Shown: one piece after another, positions 40,279 through 49,751 of the stretch
Layout of the letters: the number at the start of each line of letters is the position of its first letter
Position numbering within the stretch: position 1 is the stretch's first letter
NCBI GenBank assembly: GCA_038062735.1
Contig: JBBTWN010000002.1
Coordinates: forward strand, 1 to 58,663
Origin: Patescibacteria group bacterium
Lineage (GTDB): Bacteria > Patescibacteriota > Minisyncoccia > Phycocordibacterales > Phycocordibacteraceae
Direction of reading: 5' to 3'
DNA length: 58,663 nucleotides
The notes under the pieces: generated by a model
Database searches by the model: none
Told to the model about the DNA's origin: nothing
What the model saw: only the letters and a program-made list of their open reading frames with translations
Position numbers and translations under genes: made by a program

Positions 40279-40776
40279 ATGGCGAAAACCTCATTTTTAA
40301 GTCCTGAAACGCAAGGAGCACGAACGACAGAAGCGAGAGCTCGCGGTGGGAGTGCGCTCGAGCGCGAAGTGAGAGTAATGGCAGAGCGGGCAGTTGGCGT
40401 GAGTCAGGTCCGCGAGACTCGCGCGTTTGCTGATACGGGTAGCCGATTCTCACGGGTAGCGGATTTTTTACAGCAGCCTGCAAGTAATCTCGGTGAGCAA
40501 CTCGCCGGTGGAAAATTTCACAGCGGACTAAGTTGGTCAGGGATTTTCTTGCGTGCGCTTGGTATTGGCTCAGCAGCTGCACTCGGTGTCTTTTCAACGC
40601 TGGCGTATTTTGGAGCCATTGCTCTGCCACAAATATTTATTCCGCCAGCATTGTTTACTACCGCATTCTGGCTTATCGCGCCGTCCTTGTGGGTGCCGAT
40701 AACAATATTTGTGGGCGCGGGGCTCTTGTTTGGACTTTTCTCTCATTTGCTTGATCGAGGGCTGGAGAGCAACTAG
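40279..40776 (+). CDS. Orphan membrane protein (soluble N-terminus + 3-4 TM helices)
   Basis: Start at MAKTSFLSPE. TM-rich C-terminal half 'GIFLRALGIGSAAALGVFSTLAYFGAIALPQIFIPPALFTTAFWLIAPSLWVPITIFVGAGLLFGLF'. Confidence 0.55.
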   Translation: MAKTSFLSPETQGARTTEARARGGSALEREVRVMAERAVGVSQVRETRAFADTGSRFSRVADFLQQPASNLGEQLAGGKFHSGLSWSGIFLRALGIGSAAALGVFSTLAYFGAIALPQIFIPPALFTTAFWLIAPSLWVPITIFVGAGLLFGLFSHLLDRGLESN

Positions 40777-40790
40777 TACGTTACACCATC

Positions 40791-41189
40791 ATGCCATCGC
40801 CTGCTGAACACGGACCGATAATTGCTGAAAAGGTAATTGAATTAGACCGACTGATAGATGAGGTTAATGGAGAATCTCCGGTACAACCAAAGCGTGAGGT
40901 CGTACAGCCAGTTCCAGTGCCAGCTCCTGTTCGCGCGCCACTATCGAAGAAAGATAGGCTGAGAAAAGAATATAGTGATGCTGAACAGAGAATGGCAGGT
41001 AGGGGTAACCGTTATATGATTTTTTTCTATGGTGCGCCACTTCCTGCGGTGCTTACGGCGTCACTTGTCGGCTGGTGGGGCGGTTCTTTTGCACTTCTTA
41101 CACCAGTGGGGTGGATTCTGTGGGGGGTTGTAGCCGCCGCAGCTGTTGCTGCGGCGATTCGCTACCTTACACTCGAACGATGGCACTAA
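40791..41189 (+). CDS. Orphan membrane protein (soluble Pro-rich N-terminus + 2 TM helices)
   Basis: 'YMIFFYGAPLPAVLTASLVGWWGG' and 'VGWILWGVVAAAAVAAAIRYL'. Confidence 0.5.
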   Translation: MPSPAEHGPIIAEKVIELDRLIDEVNGESPVQPKREVVQPVPVPAPVRAPLSKKDRLRKEYSDAEQRMAGRGNRYMIFFYGAPLPAVLTASLVGWWGGSFALLTPVGWILWGVVAAAAVAAAIRYLTLERWH

Positions 41190-41190
41190 C

Positions 41191-41219
41191 TTGACAAAAT
41201 ATGTTCTTTAATATATAAT
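41191..41219 (+). promoter_or_regulatory. Promoter TTGACA-N17-TATAAT upstream of 41246 (26-nt leader)
   Basis: ttgaca-aaatatgttctttaata-tataat read directly, starting 2 nt after the stop at 41189. Confidence 0.65.
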
Positions 41220-41245
41220 GTGACGAATCACTAATCAATAAAATT

Positions 41246-41638
41246 ATGAGACGAGAACGAAATAACATATCAGTAGGAGAAAAAGCAGATCAGTTTTTCA
41301 ATGCGTTCTTTGGAGGTATTCCAGAAGCGCTAGGCTCATTGTTTGGTATCAAGCCATTTGCAGATGCGTACAATGTTATCCCAGACGAGGGTGAAAAAAT
41401 CCCCCAGGACGTTGAAGCAGCACAAAGAAACAGGATGTTTGGCATGCTCGCTGCAACAGTAGTTGCCGGTCTCTTTAGTGCTGCAACCTTACTCACGGTG
41501 CCAGCAATTGGTGTTATTGCAACTGCAGGACTCATTGCAGCCGGCGCTCTGTTCACCGTCATGACTTCGAATCTTGTGTTTGCTAATGTGGCAAAAGGTA
41601 TTTACGGGATTAGACGAATGCTCAAGGTGTCTGCATAG
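41246..41638 (+). CDS. Orphan membrane protein (soluble N-terminus + 2 TM helices)
   Basis: 'MFGMLAATVVAGLFSAATLLTVPAIGVIATAGLIAAGALFTVMTSNLVF'. Confidence 0.5.
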   Translation: MRRERNNISVGEKADQFFNAFFGGIPEALGSLFGIKPFADAYNVIPDEGEKIPQDVEAAQRNRMFGMLAATVVAGLFSAATLLTVPAIGVIATAGLIAAGALFTVMTSNLVFANVAKGIYGIRRMLKVSA

Positions 41639-41654
41639 ATAGCACACAACAAAC

Positions 41655-41679
41655 AAACCCGCCTTATCGGCGGGTTTTT
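41655..41679 (+). terminator. Rho-independent terminator
   Basis: CCCGCC-ttatc-GGCGGG stem-loop followed by TTTTT, 17 nt after the stop at 41638. Confidence 0.8.
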
Positions 41680-41681
41680 GC

Positions 41682-41687
41682 TATACT
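41682..41687 (+). promoter_or_regulatory. -10 box TATACT (TGc-extended) 6 nt upstream of the cysS ATG 41694
   Basis: tgctatact-gaccac-ATG read directly. Confidence 0.55.
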
Positions 41688-41693
41688 GACCAC

Positions 41694-43127
41694 ATGTTTG
41701 GTTGGTTTAAAAAGAAACCGAAGACGGAAATTCAGCTTTTCAATACCCACGGAAGAAAAAAAGAAATTTTTGAGCCGATGCGGCGCGGCCGCGTCTCTAT
41801 GTACAACTGCGGACCCACAGTCTATAACTATACGCATATTGGTAACTTTCGTGCGTTTCTCCTCGGCGACATCATTCGCCGTACACTTGAGCACGCTGGC
41901 TACCGTGTGACCCAGGTGATGAACATCACTGACTTTGGTCACCTTGTTGGTGACGCTGATGATACTGAGGACAAGATGCTCGTGGGGCTCAAACGCGAGG
42001 GCCTCGCGCTCACCATGGAAAATATGTTCGCACTCGCGTCTAAGTATGTGGATGCGTTCAAAGAAGATGCCGCAGCGCTCAATTTAAAAGTACCGCACGC
42101 GATGCCGAGAGCGTCAGAGCATGTGCCGGGGATGATCGCCTATATTCAGCAATTGTTGAATAAAGGTTTTGCATACAAAACATCAGATGGGGTATATTTT
42201 GATGTCGCCAACTTTGGCGACTACGACTATTTTGTAACGAGCCACCCCGATGGTGAGTCTCGTATCGGTGCACATAGCGAAAAGCATGACTCGCGTGACT
42301 TTGCGCTGTGGAAGTTTGCAGAAGCAGGTTCCACTATGGGCTGGGAGGCACCGTGGGGTCGCGGATTCCCGGGCTGGCACATTGAGTGTACGGCAATGTC
42401 GACGCGCTACCTTGGAAAAAGTTTTGACATTCACACGGGCGGCATCGACCACATTGCAATTCATCATACGAATGAGCGCGCACAGGCAGAAGCCGCTAAT
42501 GGAAAACAGTATGCACGTTACTGGCTTCATAATGAGTTTATTACGATTGATGGCACCAAACTTTCAAAATCGTTAGGAAACGAGTTAACGCTGCGGCAGC
42601 TCCGCGATCAGGGTGTCTCGCCCTTGGCATATCGCTATTGGCTTCTCACGGGTCACTATCGCCAGTCAATGAACTTTACACTCGACGCAGTTATGGCAGC
42701 ACAGACGGCGCTCCATCGCGCCCTTCGTTTTTTTGTTGATGCACCCCTCTATGGAAACGTACATCGCGAATACATGCACAAATTTGATACGGCGCTCAAT
42801 GATGACCTTAGTACTCCAGAAGCGATAAGCGTCATGTGGGCGATGATCAAGGACGATAGTGTCCCGCTTGGTGATCGCCGCGCGACCATGCTCGCTATGG
42901 ACGAGGTGTTAGGACTTGGGTTTTATGAGACAGCGACGCAGCATATGACACTGGTGTCCGCCGTTCCATCCCATGTCAAAGAGCTCGTTCGCGCCCGCGA
43001 TCTCGCTCGAGAGAAGAAAGATTTTGCAGAATCAGACCGTATCCGCGCTAAAATACTAGACGCGGGGTATGAAGTGCTTGATACCGCAGGGGGGTCAGAG
43101 GTGCGCCCAGTTGACGTGGTACACTAG
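41694..43127 (+). CDS. cysS: Cysteine--tRNA ligase
   Basis: Class I 'HIGN' ([10 protein letters not shown]) and 'KLSKS' motifs. Zn-site context 'MYNCGPTVY', '[10 protein letters not shown]', '[16 protein letters not shown]'. Confidence 0.95.
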   Translation: MFGWFKKKPKTEIQLFNTHGRKKEIFEPMRRGRVSMYNCGPTVYNYTHIGNFRAFLLGDIIRRTLEHAGYRVTQVMNITDFGHLVGDADDTEDKMLVGLKREGLALTMENMFALASKYVDAFKEDAAALNLKVPHAMPRASEHVPGMIAYIQQLLNKGFAYKTSDGVYFDVANFGDYDYFVTSHPDGESRIGAHSEKHDSRDFALWKFAEAGSTMGWEAPWGRGFPGWHIECTAMSTRYLGKSFDIHTGGIDHIAIHHTNERAQAEAANGKQYARYWLHNEFITIDGTKLSKSLGNELTLRQLRDQGVSPLAYRYWLLTGHYRQSMNFTLDAVMAAQTALHRALRFFVDAPLYGNVHREYMHKFDTALNDDLSTPEAISVMWAMIKDDSVPLGDRRATMLAMDEVLGLGFYETATQHMTLVSAVPSHVKELVRARDLAREKKDFAESDRIRAKILDAGYEVLDTAGGSEVRPVDVVH

Positions 43128-43156
43128 CACTATTAGCCCTAAGGTGAGGTTTTCGT

Positions 43157-43660
43157 ATGAAGAAGAATATGTATATTGGAGCCGCAGTCGCTGTTGTTGT
43201 CATTATCGCTCTTATCTATTTTGGTTTTTTTAATTTTAATCGCAGCACACAAACGGTAACTCCTGCCGCGACAAACAACAGTGCACAGGCACTCTTGGAT
43301 GAGATACGTTCGACTGGCACAGTGGCGGCGCTGCGTGTGGTCACTACAGTGACCAGTACGTCCACTGAGCGAGGTGCAGTCGCGGGTGATACGGTCAGCG
43401 TCAATTATGTTGGCGTATTGCCGGACGGTACCATGTTTGACGCGTCTGCAAACCATGGCGGTCCGTTTAGTTTTATTTTGGGTATTGATCCCGTTATTCA
43501 GGGTTGGCAGCAAGGTATTGTCGGTATGAAAGTGGGTGAGCGACGACTCCTCGCTATCCCGCCGGCACTCGGCTATGGAGACCGAGGACAGGGCGCTATC
43601 CCACCAAACTCGACGCTGTTGTTTGATGTAGAGATGGTACAAATTGAGCCGGCGGAGTAG
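43157..43660 (+). CDS. Membrane-anchored FKBP-type peptidyl-prolyl cis-trans isomerase
   Basis: 'GDTVSVNYVGVLPDGTMFDAS......F.LG...VI.GWQQGIVGMKVGERRLLAIPPALGYGDRG....IPPNSTLLFDVEMV' is the canonical FKBP_C pattern. SD-like aaggtgagg lies 8 nt upstream. Confidence 0.85.
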   Translation: MKKNMYIGAAVAVVVIIALIYFGFFNFNRSTQTVTPAATNNSAQALLDEIRSTGTVAALRVVTTVTSTSTERGAVAGDTVSVNYVGVLPDGTMFDASANHGGPFSFILGIDPVIQGWQQGIVGMKVGERRLLAIPPALGYGDRGQGAIPPNSTLLFDVEMVQIEPAE

Positions 43661-44851
43661 ATGTCAGCGATTCGCTTTGAGATAGTTAAGAAATCCGGCG
43701 CGAGCCAGGCTCGCGCCGGCGTGATACATACAGCACACGGCGCATTCTCTACGCCTGCATTTTCAACGGTCGGGACCAAGGGCACAGTAAAAGGGATACT
43801 GCCCGACGATTTACGTGAGCTCGGTGTCGAGGTCGCACTCTCTAATACCTACCATCTCTTTTTGCAACCGGGTGAGGATGTGATTAAAACGATGGGCGGG
43901 CTCCACGAGTTTATGCGCTGGCAGGGGCCGCTGATTACAGACTCGGGCGGCTTTCAGGTTTTTTCTTTGGGCGTCGCGTACAACCAGGATATGTCAAAGT
44001 TTGTTGCACGCGGTGAGGCGGCTGGGGCAGCTCCTGCTGTATATTACGAGGACGTCGCGGGCGTGCACGGGAAGCTCGCCATCGTCGACGATGAGGGGGT
44101 GACCTTTACCTCGCACATTGACGGCTCGCTCCACCGCTTCACCCCCGAGCGTTCGATTGAAATCCAACACAAACTCGGCGCAGACATCTTTTTTGCATTC
44201 GATGATTTTGTAAGCCCCGTGGCTCCTGAGGAAGAGCAGATTAAAAGCATGAAGCGCACGCATGCGTGGGCACGTCGGTCGCTCGATGCGCACAGCAGAA
44301 ATTTACAAGCGATGAAGCAGCAGGCTATTTTTGGCATCATTCAGGGTGGACGATATCCGCACCTTCGACGTGAAAGTGCCGCCGAGATTGGTGCGATGCC
44401 ATTTGACGGCTTTGGCATCGGCGGCTCTTTTTCAAAAGAAGATCTTGGCGAGGCGCTTCAAGCGGCGATTGAACCGCTCCCCGCTGATAAGCCACGACAC
44501 CTTTTAGGCATCGGTGAGCCAGAGGATTTGTTTGAAGGGGTAGCGAACGGCATAGATATGTTCGACTGCGTGCTCCCGACACGTCTTGGCCGCACGGGCA
44601 CCATCTACACTTTGGCGGGGAAGATAGACCTCCGCAAGGATATATATAAGACGGATACTCGTGAGACGCTTGGGTACAGTTATGCGTACCTGCACCACCT
44701 GTTTCGTGCGCACGAGATGCTGGGGCCCATCATTGCTTCAATGCACAATGTGCGTTTTATCGTGGGACTCGTCGCAGATATCCGCCAGTCCATTTTGGAC
44801 GACCGTTTTGACGACTTCCGCGCCGACTTCCTCTCTACCTACAAAACTTGA
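43661..44851 (+). CDS. tgt: Queuine tRNA-ribosyltransferase
   Basis: 'ARAGVIHTAHGAFSTPAF..VGT.GTVK', 'TDSGGFQVFSL', 'GIIQGG', 'GFGIGG', 'LLGIGEPEDL', 'DMFDCVLPTR..R.G' are typical TGT blocks. Confidence 0.95.
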   Translation: MSAIRFEIVKKSGASQARAGVIHTAHGAFSTPAFSTVGTKGTVKGILPDDLRELGVEVALSNTYHLFLQPGEDVIKTMGGLHEFMRWQGPLITDSGGFQVFSLGVAYNQDMSKFVARGEAAGAAPAVYYEDVAGVHGKLAIVDDEGVTFTSHIDGSLHRFTPERSIEIQHKLGADIFFAFDDFVSPVAPEEEQIKSMKRTHAWARRSLDAHSRNLQAMKQQAIFGIIQGGRYPHLRRESAAEIGAMPFDGFGIGGSFSKEDLGEALQAAIEPLPADKPRHLLGIGEPEDLFEGVANGIDMFDCVLPTRLGRTGTIYTLAGKIDLRKDIYKTDTRETLGYSYAYLHHLFRAHEMLGPIIASMHNVRFIVGLVADIRQSILDDRFDDFRADFLSTYKT

Positions 44852-44875
44852 CACAAGTAAAATAAGTGGTATCAT
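44848..44875 (+). promoter_or_regulatory. Promoter TTGACA-N16-TATCAT upstream of 44905
   Basis: ttgaca-caagtaaaataagtgg-tatcat read directly. The -35 overlaps the tgt stop codon. Confidence 0.5.
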
Positions 44876-44904
44876 ACCTCTATTAACATAGAACTACAGT
44901 AGGT

Positions 44905-45432
44905 ATGGATACCAGAAAACGAGAGGGGATAGAAGCAGGCATTACCACAGTAAAAGTGGACTCTGGCATGGGTCGCGATCAGACCATGTTTGTCCCTCGA
45001 GAGGGGGTAGCCTTTGCAGCCGCAGGAAGGGTTAAGACTAAACCTGAAGCTAAAATAGTAACAACTAAGTACGTTACTGAAGTTAAGCGAAGAGAAAATC
45101 CACATTTTGAATCAAGAATGAGGCGGTTTAAGCCCCTCGCTGACAATGTGCCAGCTGCATTTCTTTTTGCGTTCATTTCATGGTTCGGAGTGTCAATGGC
45201 AAAGTTATTGATTCTAACTCCAGCTGTTGCTACCTTCTTAACTGGTGTAGGCGTCAGCGTAGGTACTATGGCGTTTCTCACTGCATTTGTGCCTCTCGTT
45301 GCAGCCGCAGCGGGAGCAGTCGCTGTAGGGCTAATCTTGTCTACGTTTTTCCTCTCGATTATTCAGCCCAGTAAAGGCAGAATTCTTGGCATCAAGCGGT
45401 ACCAGGAGCCAGCAGTAGAAGCAGCGCGATAA
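44905..45432 (+). CDS. Orphan membrane protein (about 85-aa soluble N-terminus + 3 TM helices)
   Basis: 'AAFLFAFISWFGVSMAKLLILTPAVATFLTGVGVSVGTMAFLTAFVPLVAAAAGAVAVGLILSTFFL'. Confidence 0.5.
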   Translation: MDTRKREGIEAGITTVKVDSGMGRDQTMFVPREGVAFAAAGRVKTKPEAKIVTTKYVTEVKRRENPHFESRMRRFKPLADNVPAAFLFAFISWFGVSMAKLLILTPAVATFLTGVGVSVGTMAFLTAFVPLVAAAAGAVAVGLILSTFFLSIIQPSKGRILGIKRYQEPAVEAAR

Positions 45433-45440
45433 ATCAAAAC

Positions 45441-45468
45441 TTGACTATACAACGTGGTGTGTTATAAT
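45441..45468 (+). promoter_or_regulatory. Promoter TTGACT-N16-TATAAT, 10 nt upstream of ATG 45479
   Basis: ttgact-atacaacgtggtgtgt-tataat-gtaacacact-ATG read directly. Confidence 0.6.
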
Positions 45469-45478
45469 GTAACACACT

Positions 45479-47332
45479 ATGTCCGAGAAGGCTGATCGAC
45501 TGCATTTGATTGGACACGATCACGGTGTGCTGGCGCGACGCCTTGAAGTGCTCACCGACAACTGGCAAAAGTTAAAAATGACCAAGGCCGAGTGGCGCGA
45601 ATATCGCGCTGCGGTTGATCAGTATCTGGCGTACGCTGAACACGTTATAACGACGGTGCCACCAGCTAATCCGATGCGCCAAACGGTACGTACGCTACGC
45701 GCTGACTATCTTTCAAAAATAATTAACTTCGAACGCCAGTACGGCACGTGGACAAAGTGGGCCGGCACGCGAACACGCGAGTGGTTTTTAACGCTCTCGT
45801 CAAAAGCACAAAAGCGAATTATGTACGGCGCTATCGCCGCATCTTTGACGTACTCATATGCAATGCGGACCATGGCGCTGGGCCCGGTTGCGGCACTGTT
45901 TGCCGTTGTCGCTGCGTTTGGCGGTGGCAAAATGATGCGCGAATTTTTACACAAACAGGCAGAGTCGGGTGGGACGAATCGTATAACTCGCTGGGTGCTC
46001 AATACAAAAAAAGTTGAATCAGCGGAACATGAACTCCAAGCAGCGCTCGCTGAATATACAGACACCGATCGACATAATGGCGTGCGTCGCATCGCACGCG
46101 CGATGGCAAAAAAGCGCGCAGCCCTCCTTGATCGCAAGACAAGTATCATGGTCGCTGGTGCACTCACGGGTTCAAGCTCCGGTATTGGAACGGGCGTGCT
46201 GGTGCAGGACGTTTTACACATGGGCGACATCGGTACAGCTCGCGCAGCGACTGGTCACACCTATGATGATAAGAGTAACTTTACTAGTGAATATGGCCCG
46301 CGCTCGCCAACAGGATTGTTAGAGCTCATTGGAAATGGATATAACGGCTGGTTTGTGGTGCGACACGGATCGACGTACGACGTGTACTACGTAGCCAACG
46401 ACAGCCAGCACACGGTGCATCATGCGCTCTCTAACGTGTCACGACTTCAGATTATGGGCGCCGGTGGCGTGCTTGAGCTTACACAGCGTGAGTTTGAATC
46501 GATAGCGCCGAGCGTGCCGCTCGTCGCATGGCTTACTGAGCTCACTGGATTTGCCAAACCGCCTGAGGCTCTTGAGAATCTCTACCAGATGACTCCCATT
46601 GAGAATCAAGATCAGCTTGCACCTAACTACCACAGCGAGATTATGTACAAAATCTCAAACATAATTGCCGATCCCAAGAACGGTCCTCTGTATCAACTCC
46701 CCTCCACAAAAATAAGTTTTGATGGAAAGGTCTTTTCGACTCTGTTTAACATACCGCTCAACTCGAGCGAGGGGTTGGGCTCTGAGCAGGTATGGGCGCT
46801 CGCCAAGGCGCTTTTTAGACGTATAGAGCATATTGATGGGTTTACCCTCATCGGTGGTGAAAAAGCTAACGCAACTTTTTTTATTGAGACCGATCTTTTA
46901 GGTGGCAACGGCGGGTTGATCATGCAACTCACCGACATGTATGATGCCCAGTCTGGTGGAGACAAAATGGCTACCCTCGCGCACGAAGTGTCGCATGCGA
47001 TGTACGTGCTTCTTGGGGTGAGCGACCACTTCAAGGCGCTACCGCTTACAGAGCGTGCAGCGATTATGGAAGAACTCTACCGCTTTCATGACTTTTTGGA
47101 GAGTCCACGTGCTCACGCAGCACTTGGTGAATACAAGGGGAGTCCAGATGCTCTCCGCCTTTTGTCCCACCACCAGTCACAGCATCGAAACGACGAGATG
47201 TTTGCTGACGCATTTGCTAAGCTCATGACCTATCCAAAGTTGACACGCCAAGAATGCCCCCAGTTTGCTGCGTTTATGCAGCGCCTTATTGCAGAGAATC
47301 CAAAAATGCGCAGCTTGATCGCACTGTCGTAA
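45479..47332 (+). CDS. Membrane-anchored protein with a C-terminal HExxH zinc-metalloprotease domain resembling the anthrax-lethal-factor / M34 (ATLF-like) family
   Basis: TM pair around 'IMYGAIAASLTYSYAMRTMALGPVAALFAVVAAFGGG'. 'MATLAHEVSHAMY' (HExxH), and about 70 aa later 'NDEMFADAFAKLMTYP', which recalls the 'EFFAEAFRLM' third-ligand helix of lethal factor and PPEP-type M34 proteases. Confidence 0.5.
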   Translation: MSEKADRLHLIGHDHGVLARRLEVLTDNWQKLKMTKAEWREYRAAVDQYLAYAEHVITTVPPANPMRQTVRTLRADYLSKIINFERQYGTWTKWAGTRTREWFLTLSSKAQKRIMYGAIAASLTYSYAMRTMALGPVAALFAVVAAFGGGKMMREFLHKQAESGGTNRITRWVLNTKKVESAEHELQAALAEYTDTDRHNGVRRIARAMAKKRAALLDRKTSIMVAGALTGSSSGIGTGVLVQDVLHMGDIGTARAATGHTYDDKSNFTSEYGPRSPTGLLELIGNGYNGWFVVRHGSTYDVYYVANDSQHTVHHALSNVSRLQIMGAGGVLELTQREFESIAPSVPLVAWLTELTGFAKPPEALENLYQMTPIENQDQLAPNYHSEIMYKISNIIADPKNGPLYQLPSTKISFDGKVFSTLFNIPLNSSEGLGSEQVWALAKALFRRIEHIDGFTLIGGEKANATFFIETDLLGGNGGLIMQLTDMYDAQSGGDKMATLAHEVSHAMYVLLGVSDHFKALPLTERAAIMEELYRFHDFLESPRAHAALGEYKGSPDALRLLSHHQSQHRNDEMFADAFAKLMTYPKLTRQECPQFAAFMQRLIAENPKMRSLIALS

Positions 47333-47388
47333 TGAAGCGTGCAGTAGAGTGGGTGCGCAAGGTCACTCTGGGGTAATAGCGGTTTTGC

Positions 47389-47394
47389 TATAGT
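47389..47394 (+). promoter_or_regulatory. -10 box TATAGT (TGc-extended) 6 nt upstream of the uvrB ATG 47401
   Basis: tgctatagt-gcatag-ATG read directly. Confidence 0.55.
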
Positions 47395-47400
47395 GCATAG

Positions 47401-49452
47401 ATGAGCGTATTTAAACTAAAATCAAACCATACGCCAGCGGGTGACCAGCCAGTGGCTATTGATGCACTCGTGAAAGGCGTTAAGGCGGGCGAACGGTATC
47501 AAACATTGCTCGGTGTAACTGGCTCGGGTAAGACATTTACCGCGGCAAACGTTATCGCTCAGATTGGACGACCAACGCTCGTCATCGCGCATAACAAAAC
47601 GCTCGCGGCGCAGCTCACTCAAGAGTATCGAGATATTTTCCCCGATAACGCGGTGCACTACTTTGTCTCCTACTACGACTATTATCAGCCCGAGGCGTAC
47701 ATGCCGGTCACCGACACGTACATCGAAAAGGAGGCGATGATTAACCAAGAGATAGATCGCCTTCGTCACGCATCAACGCAGGCGCTCCTCACGCGCGAGG
47801 ACGTGATCATCGTCGCGTCGGTGTCCTGCATTTATGGTCTCGGCTCTCCAGACGAGTATAAAAAGGTGCATCGCCATATTGCAGTGGGACAAAAATTTGA
47901 GCGTGCTGAGTTTATGCGTTTTCTAGTCTCACTCCAGTTTGAACGCACGAACGCTGACCTAACCCCCGGCACGTTTCGAGCAGTCGGGCCCACCGTCGAA
48001 GTCATGCCCGTGAACGAGACCATTGTGTATCGTGTAGAACCAGAAGATGGAAGGATTGGAAAAATATCAAAATTAAATGCAGTGAGCCGTACCTTGGTTG
48101 AGTCCCCTCGCGAGTTTTTTCTTTTTCCCGCAAAGCACTACGTCACCGCGCCAGAAGAGCGTGAGCGCGCCGTGCATGATATCGAGGTCGAACTTGAAGA
48201 GCAGCTCAAAGTCTTTGCAAAAGAGGGCAAGATCCTTGAAGCAGAGCGCATTAAGCGCCGCACGCGCTACGATCTCGCGTTGATCCGCGAGATCGGCTAC
48301 TGTAACGGCATTGAAAACTACTCGCGACATTTTGATGGACGAACGGTCGGTGAGCCTCCGTACACACTACTGTCATATTTTCCTAAGGGTTTTTTGACGA
48401 TTATCGATGAGTCGCATGTGACAGTACCGCAGATAGGTGGTATGTATGCCGGAGATCAGTCCAGAAAAAAGACACTCGTCGATCACGGCTTTCGCCTGCC
48501 TTCTGCAAAGGATAACCGCCCGCTCACGTTTAAAGAATTTGAATCGACCGTAGGACAAGTCATATTCACCTCTGCGACACCGGGGTCGTTTGAACTCGAG
48601 CATTCGGGCAAGCCGATAGAACAAGTCATCCGTCCGACGGGCCTCATCGATCCAGAAATTATCGTGCGTCCTGTGTCTGGCGGCGTTAACGATGGTCAGG
48701 TAGAAGACTTTATTCAAGAGACAGAAGAGGTGGTAACTGGTGGAGGACGCGTGTTGGTGACGACGCTCACCAAAAAAATGGCAGAAGATTTAGCAGAATT
48801 TTTAAAGGGGCGAGGAGTCAAGGCAGAATACATCCACTCTGATATAAAAACGATAGAGCGCATCAATATTTTAACCAAGTTTAGGCGTGGCGAGTTTGAT
48901 GCTTTGGTGGGCGTTAACCTTCTTCGCGAAGGACTGGATTTGCCCGAGGTAGAGCTCGTCGGTATTCTCGACGCAGATAAAGAGGGTTTTCTCCGCAGCG
49001 AGACCGCGCTTATCCAAACTATAGGCCGCGCCGCGCGCAACGTGAAGGGTCGCGTCATTCTGTACGCTGATCAATCGACCGGCTCCTTGGATAGGGCAAT
49101 TAAGGAGACAAATCGGCGTCGCGGTGTGCAACTCGCCTACAATACAAAGCACGGCATTACACCAGAGACTATCACCAAGCTCATTAGCGATATCACCGAT
49201 ACGCTGCAGGCCGAGCGCGCCGCCACTGTCGACATGCTCCTCACTATGGACCTCGCAAGTGGCGATGATCCAAAGCGATTAAAGACCGTGATTGAACAAA
49301 AGCGCGAGCAGATGGAGCGCGCCGTTGAAGTTTTAGACTTTGAAACAGCTGCGCTTATCCGCGACGAAATCTATAAATTAGAGGCAAAGCTCCCCGAGCC
49401 TAAAAAAAGAAAAGGGAAACCAAACCCGCGTCGTATATATCTTGACGAGTAA
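47401..49452 (+). CDS. uvrB: Excinuclease ABC subunit B
   Basis: 'PAGDQP.AI..L', 'GVTGSGKTFT', 'YFVSYYDYYQPEAY', 'DESHVT.PQ', 'VLVTTLTKKMAEDL..FL', 'GINLLREGLDLPEV', and a C-terminal UVR motif 'LDFE.AA.IRDEI'. Confidence 0.95.
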   Translation: MSVFKLKSNHTPAGDQPVAIDALVKGVKAGERYQTLLGVTGSGKTFTAANVIAQIGRPTLVIAHNKTLAAQLTQEYRDIFPDNAVHYFVSYYDYYQPEAYMPVTDTYIEKEAMINQEIDRLRHASTQALLTREDVIIVASVSCIYGLGSPDEYKKVHRHIAVGQKFERAEFMRFLVSLQFERTNADLTPGTFRAVGPTVEVMPVNETIVYRVEPEDGRIGKISKLNAVSRTLVESPREFFLFPAKHYVTAPEERERAVHDIEVELEEQLKVFAKEGKILEAERIKRRTRYDLALIREIGYCNGIENYSRHFDGRTVGEPPYTLLSYFPKGFLTIIDESHVTVPQIGGMYAGDQSRKKTLVDHGFRLPSAKDNRPLTFKEFESTVGQVIFTSATPGSFELEHSGKPIEQVIRPTGLIDPEIIVRPVSGGVNDGQVEDFIQETEEVVTGGGRVLVTTLTKKMAEDLAEFLKGRGVKAEYIHSDIKTIERINILTKFRRGEFDALVGVNLLREGLDLPEVELVGILDADKEGFLRSETALIQTIGRAARNVKGRVILYADQSTGSLDRAIKETNRRRGVQLAYNTKHGITPETITKLISDITDTLQAERAATVDMLLTMDLASGDDPKRLKTVIEQKREQMERAVEVLDFETAALIRDEIYKLEAKLPEPKKRKGKPNPRRIYLDE

Positions 49453-49485
49453 TGCGCTGAGTGGTATCACTAACCCCTGAAGCAT

Positions 49486-49695
49486 ATGACATACCGGCCG
49501 GGGTTATTTAATGTGGCAGAGGCCGATCTTCGATTGAAGATCGCCAGTCGCTATGCGGGCAAGTCACCGGCAGAAGTTTTGGCAAGAAGGAAGATAGCTA
49601 AGTGGTGGGCATCATACTTGGTTAATAATTTTTCTATAGCTGAAATGGAGGAGGTGGGCATTGATATCCGTGATATCCATGAGAGCCACAAGTAG
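49486..49695 (+). CDS. Small hypothetical protein (69 aa)
   Basis: An open frame with no recognisable motif, sitting alone between uvrB and uvrA. Confidence 0.35.
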   Translation: MTYRPGLFNVAEADLRLKIASRYAGKSPAEVLARRKIAKWWASYLVNNFSIAEMEEVGIDIRDIHESHK

Positions 49696-49715
49696 GTCCT
49701 GCACGCATCGGGTGC

Positions 49716-49743
49716 TTGACAAATAGAAAATACGTGCTACTCT
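49716..49743 (+). promoter_or_regulatory. Promoter TTGACA-N16-TACTCT, 8 nt upstream of ATG 49752
   Basis: ttgaca-aatagaaaatacgtgc-tactct-gctcatgt-ATG read directly. Confidence 0.5.
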
Positions 49744-49751
49744 GCTCATGT

